Of a stretch of 64,000 nucleotides of DNA, positions 11,714-18,943 are shown piece by piece. The position numbers were made by a program, and so were the translations under genes. This stretch comes from an uncultured Actinomycetes bacterium. GTDB taxonomy: Bacteria > Actinomycetota > Acidimicrobiia > IMCC26256 > PALSA-610. The stretch is from assembly GCA_963782465.1 (NCBI GenBank), contig CAWAJR010000005.1:321671-385670 (forward strand), in the 5' to 3' direction. Each line of letters opens with the position of its first letter. The stretch's first letter is position 1. The notes under the pieces were generated by a model. The model saw only the letters and a list, made by a program, of their open reading frames with translations. It was not told the origin of the DNA and did no database searches.

Positions 11714-13899
11714 AGCCCGTAGTGCCCGAGAAGCGCGTGGCTAGTCGAGCGTTGGGGCTGTCGAGGGCGCGATGACGCACCCGGGCGATCAACTCGGGCT
11801 TGCCAATCGTGTTGAAGAGCGCGCCAGACGATCCAGTCAAATCGTGCGCCCGCGTGTAACAGCTCGGCTTCTTCAGCATCGAGCAGCGCTGCCGAGAGCT
11901 CGGCGACGTCGGTCTCACCATCGAAGAGACGGCTCTCGACGGTGGCCCGGAAGCCTTCGTCAAGTCGATCGGTGACAACGCCCTGCCACGCTTGCGCGAG
12001 CTCCCCCGGGAGAGCTTGCGAGACGATCGCATCGAGGTCCTCGAAGAACTCTCGGAGCGCCTGCGGCCTCTCCGAACTGATGTCATCGAGAACAGCCCAA
12101 CAGAACAGGTTGCCCGCCCTCAGATCGTCGCGGTAGCGGCGAACAAACGCTTCGGCATCGGCATCGGCTGTGACCGTGCCGGCTCGCAGATCATCGCGGT
12201 ACCGGCGAACGAGGCTCTCGGGCGCCCCGCTCGCGAGGTATGCAGTCTCGCCGGACCTGTACTGACGCGAGATGACACCGTGGTCACTCTCGAGAGTCGT
12301 AGGCACGACGATGCCGAGATCGTTCCCAAGATCCACGGCAAGAGATGTCGACGCTGCCGACCAAGCGTCCGTCATGTCGACGTCAGGAAGAATCATCGAC
12401 GTCAGCTCGTGCATCGTGATGCCTTGCTTCAACACCCGCGGCCCCGCGATGGCGTCGCCGTCGTTCTCCCGATACGTGACGTACTGAGGGTAGTCATATG
12501 TTCGGAGAATCTCCTCCTGCTTGCGCTCCAGCTCGCGGTCGACGAATCCGAACACGAGCAACAAGTGGAGAGCCCAGAACGGATCCACGCGGTCGTGGCG
12601 CCCTTCGCTGGCTGCGGAGGCTCAACCGCAGTGCCTAACAGCGAGAGTTGGTTAGCAGCGGCCAACTCTTCGGTCGCGTCAATCGTCAGCCGACTCAGGA
12701 TCATTCGTTTGCGAACAACGTCTCGACGACCGAGGCCCGAACGGAGCCGTAGCGGCACCAGCGATTCAGACGCGTATGCGTCGTCTCGACCGTTGTACGC
12801 CTCGACCGCGGCGTCAAACGCAGCGAGGACAACGGCAGCGTCCGCCTTCCCGAAGTAGGTCTCGAGAGGACGGGTGTCGAGGACGGAGTGATCGAGCCGC
12901 TCCTGTACTCCGAGACCCGCGAGCTCCGGCCACAGCTCAGCGAGGACGCACCCTGACAGGTACATCTGGACCAGTCGGTGCTTGGCGCGCGCTCGCCATG
13001 CATCACAACCAACGTCGAAGCCCGTCTCCTTGCGCAGGTTCGCTAGGAGTTCGGTGAGACGCGGCTCTACGACTGCTCCCGGGACGCCGATGGGAACGAT
13101 CCGAACGCCGTTCGCATGCGAACCTTCGATGGACGCGTAGATCCTTGCCTTCAGGACGTCGGCAATTGAGGTTGCGCCCGCTGCGCCTCGGGCTCGAATT
13201 CGCGCGGCGGTGTTCCGGCGCGGCACCAGCGTCCAGGCTCGTCGCGTGGGCCGGCGAACATCTTGGGGGCGGACACGTCGGCGGCAAGCCAGCGATCGGT
13301 TCGAAGCAGGTCGAACAACGCTTCCGTCGTCGTCGACAGCGGGGCGCACGCCGGAAAGTCCGTGAAGTACGGCACACCGGCCCGGTAGAGGCAACTCGCA
13401 ACATCGAAAGCGAAGCCCTCGAGCTCCTTCGTGCTTCGAGCGACAACCTCACTACCTTCTCCCACGGCCAACTTCAATCGGTCAGCAAATGCAAGGTTGT
13501 ATCGCTCGCGGTCAACAGCAGCAACGAGCGTTGTGACTAGCTCAGCGCTGCCGACTCGGGTCACGACGTCGTCATAGAGATCGACGAGAGTTGTACCGAG
13601 CACGATCGAGTCGTCCAGGAGAATCACGCGCCGACCGCGAACTCCGCAACGCCGCCATCGAGCGCGCGATCCGTAATGACTTCACACTGATCCAGGACGT
13701 CCAACCCGCTTGCTACGAGCATGTCGTACACGCACGAGAGGCGGCGCGATACGAGGATGACGACAGTCGGTTGGTTGCCGGTCGATCCGTTCGCGATTTC
13801 GGCGGCACTCGTGAAGAGGCTGGCCAAGGCTTCGCGCAGCTCCGCGTCACGAACATGGGCCAGGGGTGCGGCCCAGTCAGCAGTGCTAACGGGCGGCAC
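11703..13899 (-). pseudogene. Large (~730 aa) protein with N-terminal phosphoribosyltransferase (PRTase)-like domain and unrecognised C-terminal two-thirds; at least 4 frame changes as assembled
   Basis: ORF pieces 13624-13899, 13151-13627, 12429-13394, 11566-12588 and 11703-12086 join into one reading. PRTase signature: TVVILVSRRLSCVYDML, then (G)RRVILLDDSIVLGTTL (13627-13586; acidic pair plus G-T-T PRPP loop). The rest has no motif I recognise. Contains a 22-codon internal duplication (VRRYRDDLRAG twice). Confidence 0.6.
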
Positions 13900-14123
13900 C
13901 GACGCGGCCTTGAGCAGGGGTGAAGAACAACATCAAGCGGTGGAGACTACCGATCGGAGCGCCAGGCCCCATCTGGAGTTCAGACTGCCGGCTCACTTCG
14001 CGGCCGACGCAAGGCGTGACCATTGACGGACCAGGCTAGTGATGGCGGAACTCGAGGCTGAGGATGCAGGACTCAGCTTTAGGGCGAAGCGGTCGGCCCG
14101 AAATGCCGCAGACAGGTCCGCCA

Positions 14124-14477
14124 TCATCCGCTCGAGGTTCCGGCTCCAATCACGACCTGCCAGCAGAGAAGGGCAGCGAGGAGAAGGTAGGCCAAGACGA
14201 ATACACCGAGCACGGGCTCCCACTCTTTCGTACCGATGGCCTTGACCACGTCGAGCGCGAGTGGCCCTAGCAGGGTGAGCGACGCAATCGTCACTGCGCA
14301 CAGACCCGCGCACGCGTAGCGGATTGACTTGAGTCGCTCGGGGTGGGCACCGCCCTCTCTCGTGCGCTCGTCTCCGAGCCGCCTCGCCTGCTCACTCGTA
14401 AACAACGTCACCAGAGCAAGGAGGAGGCCGAGAAGGTTCGCCGCTTGTGCGACCTGATCCGCGAGCGTCTGGCGCAT
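14124..14477 (-). CDS. Small (117 aa) predicted 3-TM membrane protein
   Basis: MRQTLADQVAQAANLLGLLLALVTLFT..YACAGLCAVTIASLTLLGPLAL..VLGVFVLAYLLLAALLCWQVVIG gives three hydrophobic helices. ATG 14477 follows an alternate-frame TAG (14483-14485) and a GGAG. Confidence 0.45.
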   Translation of the reverse strand: MRQTLADQVAQAANLLGLLLALVTLFTSEQARRLGDERTREGGAHPERLKSIRYACAGLCAVTIASLTLLGPLALDVVKAIGTKEWEPVLGVFVLAYLLLAALLCWQVVIGAGTSSG

Positions 14478-14482
14478 GACAC

Positions 14483-15059
14483 CTACTCCGGAGCGTCCAG
14501 GCCGAGCTCCTCCAGAGTCTTCACCTTCTTCGAATCCCGGGTGACCGTACGCGGAACCGTGACGGTTCGTCGCGGACGCGTGCACCTCAGCGTCACCCGC
14601 GAGGCCGAGTCGCATCACCTCGGCCCAGGCAGCGTCCAGCGTGCTCGACTCGCTGAAGCGGAGCGTCCACGTCAGACCCGCCTCCTCGGTGCCGCTCGCG
14701 ATCACCTTTGCGTCATCTCGCATCCTGGCCAGGAACTTCTCTCGGAGCGCTTCCTCGTAGGTCGCGAGCATCGTGGTGAGGATGGACCGAGCCGACGTTG
14801 CGGTCACGCGGAACAGAATCTCGACCTCGCGCTGCGAGAGCAGACGACCGGCTCGATCACATATGAAACGCAGCTGATCGGCCTTCGACGTGGTCATGCT
14901 CGTCGGCACCGCGCTCGATCCGTTAATCAGCTCGAAGGCCTGGTCCATGGCACCGGCGAGCGCGGCGTCGGTCAACGTTGCCGCGTTCGCCTGTGTCAGG
15001 CCACCGAGATTCGCGAGACGCTCGATCGCACGATCTCGCTGATCCTTGTCGACGTTCAT
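14483..15059 (-). CDS. Hypothetical soluble protein (~190 aa), possible wHTH; C-terminus probably frameshifted near 14570
   Basis: ATG at 15059 (MNVDKDQRDRAIERLANLGG...). LSQREVEILFRVTATSARSILTTMLATY looks HTH-like. As assembled it runs into the 3-TM ORF, but a neighbouring frame ends ...KVKTLEELGLDAPE-TAG just before ATG 14477. Confidence 0.4.
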
Positions 15060-15141
15060 CGCAACATGGTCCCTGATGCGGCGCCGGCGCTGACGGATCT
15101 CGACCTTGTAGCGCCGTGTTGCGCAGCCTTGCGCGCACTCG

Positions 15142-15163
15142 ACGTTAGAAGAAACGTTAGAAG
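15142..15163. repeat. Direct repeat ACGTTAGAAG x2 (11-bp period), about 60 bp from the att-like core; possible arm-type recombinase site
   Basis: The sequence reads gACGTTAGAAgaaACGTTAGAAg. The function is inference only. Confidence 0.3.
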
Positions 15164-15180
15164 TCGGCCTCCAAATGCAG

Positions 15181-15206
15181 AGGCCCGGCGCTTCCGCACC
15201 GGGCCT
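15181..15206 (-). terminator. Hairpin immediately 3' of the tRNA fragment
   Basis: AGGCCCGG / CCGGGCCT 8-bp stem with a 10-nt loop. On the minus strand it is followed by CUGCAUUUGG. Confidence 0.35.
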
Positions 15207-15221
15207 GACCTGCTTCTTCGA

Positions 15222-15270
15222 TGGTGGCGGGGGCGGGATTTGAACCTGCGACCTTCGGGTTATGAGCCCG
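15222..15270 (-). tRNA. Orphan 3' fragment (~49 nt) of tRNA-fMet(CAT), from anticodon arm to CCA; att-like island boundary, not a functional tRNA
   Basis: Minus strand reads TCGGG-CTCATAA-CCCGA AGGTC GCAGG-TTCAAAT-CCCGC CCCCGCC-A-CCA. The three G:C pairs next to the CAT loop are initiator-type. The 5' side has no D-arm or acceptor strand complementary to CCCCGCC. Confidence 0.75.
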
Positions 15271-16619
15271 ATGGGAAGGCTTCGGGTGGCTCGTCGCCCA
15301 CCGAAGGTGTGGTGAGCGGCGCTTGGGCTGGCGGCGCCGGTGCGTCGTCGCTCGGGCGCACCGCCGGACGGCGCGACGCGCTCACGCGGGCACGACCCTT
15401 CTTCACGAGGCGGTTCAGCCCGCCGCGCCAGTCGCGCTCGGGTGGCGCGACCACGCCACCGGGCCGGCGGATCGCACCGAAATAGGTCAAGCCGCTGAAC
15501 AGCAGGACCATCGACGCGAGGAACACGCCGGCGCGACCGCCACCGGGGAAGAGCACTGCGAGCAGCCCTCCTCCGACCCACGCGAGTTGGAAACGCGTTT
15601 CGAAGCGGGCGAAGGCCCTTCCCCGTGCCGCGTCGGCACCGTCGCGCTGCACGAGGCTGTCGAACGCCAGACGTCCGATCGCGGCGCCGGCGGCGACGAG
15701 GAACCCGACGCCGATGAGCTGCATCCGACCGTAGGACCGGGCGAGGAACACCGAGCGCGACGCCGGGCAGGAGCAACGAGCCGATGAGGATCCACTCCTC
15801 GCGGAAGTGCTTCCTGAAGAACGGGGCCGACAGCGTGCCGGCGCCGTTGCCCAACACGCTCCCACCCAGCAGCGCGCCGTACAACCAGGTCGGTGCATGC
15901 GCGCTCTTCAGCACGAACGCGGCGAAGAACGTGACAAAACCAACGACGCCGCGCAGCAGTGCCATCGCGCTCCCCGCGACGAGAATGCTCGGAAGGTGCA
16001 GGGCGCGCCGGTCGGCTTCGCTCTCCGCCGACGCGACGTGCTCGGCTCGAGGGATGCGCAACGCGGCGAGGGCGCCCGCGAAGAGCACCAGCGACGCGAC
16101 GCGCAAGACCCACTCGCCGCCGGCCAGCTTGAGGATCGCGGCCGCCGGCAGTCCGCCGACCAGGCCCGCGAGTACCGCGATCAGTGCGAGGCGCGAGTTC
16201 GCGAGCACGAGTTCGGCTTCGTCTTCGACGACGGAGGGCACGAGTGAGCTCTTCGCGATCGTCTGAGCCTTCGACAGCACGAGGAGCCCGAACGCGAACG
16301 GGTACAGCAGAAGGGTGTGGATGTTGTCGGCCATGAAGAGGCACAGCACCGAACGCCCCGCGCACGCGATCGCGATGACGAGGCGCCGCCCGCCCCGGCT
16401 GCGGTCGAGCAGCGGCCCGAGCAACGGCGCGATGACCGCAAAGGGCGCCATTGTGAGCATGAGGTAGAGGAGCACCTTGGGCCGGGCCGCGCTCGTCGGC
16501 GCCGAGAAGAACAGCGAGTCGGCGAGCGCGACGGTGACGAACACGTCGCCGCACACACCGATCGCGTACGCGATTGCGAGCCGGCTGAACGGTGAAGAGC
16601 TCGTCGGGATGCGGGTCAA
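15260..16619 (-). CDS. MFS-type transporter, one apparent frameshift near 15750
   Basis: Multi-TM sequence in ORF 14124-16619 (N-terminal part) continues in ORF 15260-15898 (LIGVGFLVAAGAAIGRLAF...). The stop TAA (15260-15262) falls inside the anticodon loop of the tRNA fragment. Confidence 0.65.
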
Positions 16620-16766
16620 GGTGATCGGGCGGAGGATATCCCCCGACCCGCCCGGCTACCCCGCGTGTTCGCGTGCTCGTAACCCGGCCCGGCGCCGCTC
16701 GCCGGCCGGTGCGGGGGCGGCGGTGGCGTCCTTCCGTCCGGGGTTGTCCGGCGTGCCGCGGCGCCC

Positions 16767-16803
16767 TTGAGTGGCCCCCTTCCCACGCACGTACGATTGC
16801 GCC
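16767..16803 (+). promoter_or_regulatory. Putative leaderless promoter of ppk (TTGAGT-19nt-TACGAT-6nt-ATG)
   Basis: -10 TACGAT at 16792-16797 (TANNNT) lies 6 nt before ATG 16804. No Shine-Dalgarno is present. Confidence 0.3.
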
Positions 16804-18888
16804 ATGAGCCTCCCCGACATCGTCGGCGTTCCCGACGACAACGACGCGCGGTACTTGAACCGCGAACTGTCGTGGCTCGACTTCAACGCGCGGGTCCTGG
16901 CCTTGGCCGAAGACCCCGGGCTGCCACTGCTCGAGCGGGCGAAGTTCCTCGCGATCTTCAGCGACAACCTCGACGAGTTCTTCCAGGTACGCGTCTCGGG
17001 ATTGAAGGAACAGGTCCTCGCCGGCGTCCGCACCACTTCACCCGACGGCCTCGACCAGGTCGAACAGCTCCGCGCGATTCGTGAGCGGGTGGAGGAGTTG
17101 GTCACCCGCCAAGCGGCGACGTTCACCAAGGACGTCGCACCCGCGCTCGAAGAAGCCGGCGCGACGTTCGCCGACTGGGACTCGCTCGGCGACGACGACC
17201 GCAACCGGCTCACCCACATCTTCGAGGAACGCATCTTCCCGGTCCTCACGCCGCTCGCGGTCGACCCCGCCCACCCGTTCCCGTACATCTCGAACCTTTC
17301 GCTCAACCTTGCGGTCGTCGTGCGCGACTCGTCGTCGGGTGAAGAGCGTTTCGCGCGCGTCAAGGTCCCGTCGCTGCTCCCGCGCTTCGTCGAACTTCCC
17401 GATCAGACCTTGTTCGTACCGCTCGAACAGGTCATCGCGGCGCACGTCGACGCGCTGTTCCCGGGCATGGAAATCCTGGCTCACCATCCGTTCCGCGTGA
17501 CCCGCGACGCCGACATCGAACTCACCGACGAAGCCGAAGACCTGCTCGCGGCGATGGAACTCGTGTTGCGGCAGCGCACGAAATCCGGCGCCGCGGTGCG
17601 CCTCGAAGTCGACACCAAGATGACGCCCGAGATGCTCGACCTGCTGTGCCGGGAACTCGACTTGGGCCCGAACGACGTGTACGTGATCGACGGTCCACTC
17701 GACCTTGCCGGTCTCTGGACGTTGTACGGCGTGCGCCGCCCCGACCTGAAGTACCCGCCGTTCAAACCGCAGACGCCGCCGAGCCTCGCGGGCGGGAGCG
17801 AAGCCGACGTGATGTGGGCGATGCGTTCGGGCGACGTGCTCGTGCACCACCCTTACGATTCGTTCGCGTCGTCGTTGGAAACCTTCGTTGCCCAGGCCGC
17901 GTCCGATCCTGCGGTCCTCGCGATCAAACAGACGCTCTACCGCACCGGTGGTGAAGAAGCGGGCATCGTCGCGTCGCTCGTGAAAGCGGCCGAAGCGAGC
18001 AAGCAAGTCGTCGCACTGGTCGAGTTGAAGGCCCGCTTCGACGAGCAGTCGAACATCGAACGTGCCCGCATGCTGGAAGAAGCGGGCGCGCACGTCGTCT
18101 ACGGGCTCGTCGGCCTGAAGACCCACGCGAAGATCCTGCTCGTCGTCCGGCGCGAAGCCGACGGCATCCGGCGCTACTGCCATGTCGGCACCGGCAACTA
18201 CAACCCGAAGACCGCGACGCTCTACGAAGACATCGGCATCCTGTCGGCCGATCCCGAATTGGGCGCCGACCTCTCCGAGTTGTTCAACCATCTCACCGGC
18301 TACAGCCACCCGGGCCGCTACCGCCGGCTCCTCGTCGCGCCCGCGCAGCTGCGGCCCGCGCTCATCGAACTGATCCGCGGCCAGGCCCGGCCCGGCGGCG
18401 CCATCACGATGAAGATGAACAGCGTCGTCGACTCGGAGATGATCGACGAGTTGTACGCGGCGGCGACGGCCGGTGCCCGAATCGACATGAGCGTCCGCGG
18501 GATCTGCTGCCTGCGCCCGGGTGTTCCGGGCCAGTCGGAGAACGTCACCGTCCGGTCGATCGTCGGTCGCTATCTCGAACATTCACGGATCATCCGGTTC
18601 GGCGCACCCGATGATCCCGACGTCGAATACGTCATCGGTTCGGCCGACCTGATGCCACGCAACCTCGATCGCCGGGTCGAAGCAATGCTGCGGGTCACCG
18701 ACCCGCGCTCGCGCGCCCGCCTCGACGAGATCCTCGACCTCGTGTTCGCCGACGACGTGCTCGCGTGGACGTTGCGCCCCGACGGCACCTGGCACCGGGT
18801 CCCGACCGTGCAGGGGATCGAATCGCACGTGGCATTCCAGGAGTTGGCCATCACCCGGGCGAAGAGCCGGGTGGCCGACATCACCTGA
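16804..18888 (+). CDS. ppk: Polyphosphate kinase 1
   Basis: ORF 16771-18888 with RYLNRELSWLDFNARVLALAED and two PLD-like regions (HAKILLV, GSADLMPRNL). Start 16804 is preferred over 16771 because of the leaderless promoter. Confidence 0.95.
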   Translation: MSLPDIVGVPDDNDARYLNRELSWLDFNARVLALAEDPGLPLLERAKFLAIFSDNLDEFFQVRVSGLKEQVLAGVRTTSPDGLDQVEQLRAIRERVEELVTRQAATFTKDVAPALEEAGATFADWDSLGDDDRNRLTHIFEERIFPVLTPLAVDPAHPFPYISNLSLNLAVVVRDSSSGEERFARVKVPSLLPRFVELPDQTLFVPLEQVIAAHVDALFPGMEILAHHPFRVTRDADIELTDEAEDLLAAMELVLRQRTKSGAAVRLEVDTKMTPEMLDLLCRELDLGPNDVYVIDGPLDLAGLWTLYGVRRPDLKYPPFKPQTPPSLAGGSEADVMWAMRSGDVLVHHPYDSFASSLETFVAQAASDPAVLAIKQTLYRTGGEEAGIVASLVKAAEASKQVVALVELKARFDEQSNIERARMLEEAGAHVVYGLVGLKTHAKILLVVRREADGIRRYCHVGTGNYNPKTATLYEDIGILSADPELGADLSELFNHLTGYSHPGRYRRLLVAPAQLRPALIELIRGQARPGGAITMKMNSVVDSEMIDELYAAATAGARIDMSVRGICCLRPGVPGQSENVTVRSIVGRYLEHSRIIRFGAPDDPDVEYVIGSADLMPRNLDRRVEAMLRVTDPRSRARLDEILDLVFADDVLAWTLRPDGTWHRVPTVQGIESHVAFQELAITRAKSRVADIT

Positions 18889-18943
18889 TTGAGGGCAGGC
18901 CTTCCGGGGCACCAGATTGCGGGCGGAAGCGGGCGAGAGGGAG

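Larger units (their letters stand above)
1..15270. mobile_element. Integrated mobilizable island, right-hand part (left end outside window), with integrase, HTH genes, MobF relaxase and defence-type cargo
   Basis: Tyrosine integrase 9531-10699, HTH_17-type gene 8339-8710 and TrwC/TraA-type relaxase-helicase 5282-8262. Also type I R-M, GmrSD-like and NTase remnants. An orphan tRNA-fMet 3' fragment (15222-15270) sits exactly where core genes (MFS, ppk) begin. Confidence 0.7.

Noticed and set aside
13993-14313. 106-aa minus-strand ORF
   Set aside because: Its first ~62 codons overlap the 3-TM gene out of frame. Only the last 44 codons (from the ATG coupled to the 3-TM stop) are retained, as a low-confidence micro-ORF within a finding.
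10730-15059. Retron, ShosTA or competence (ComF/ComEC) identity for the PRTase/MBL cluster
   Set aside because: No reverse transcriptase, ncRNA-like inverted repeats or DprA-like gene is present in the cluster. The MBL protein lacks the ComEC membrane channel, and the PRTase protein is about 3 times longer than ComF. The resemblance is noted only as a parallel.
15222-15300. Complete tRNA-fMet gene
   Set aside because: Only the 3' 49 nt fit a cloverleaf. The upstream sequence (…GAAGCCTTCCCA) has no D-arm and cannot pair with the CCCCGCC acceptor strand.
14124-16619. Single 831-aa minus-strand ORF
   Set aside because: It is a read-through artefact. It concatenates the MFS N-terminal part, an out-of-frame stretch across the tRNA fragment and intergenic DNA, the 190-aa hypothetical gene and the 3-TM gene. 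I split it into separate features.
17038-18582. Long antisense ORFs opposite well-supported genes. Examples: 17038-18582, 19060-20373, 27163-28440, 28208-29431, 3803-4975, 40336-41367, 41349-42476, 45629-47449, 48845-50578, 57006-58286, 60680-61678, 62281-63204
   Set aside because: These are high-GC shadow ORFs. Their composition is Arg/Gly/Pro/Asp-rich with no motifs, and each fully overlaps a gene with strong family signatures on the other strand.
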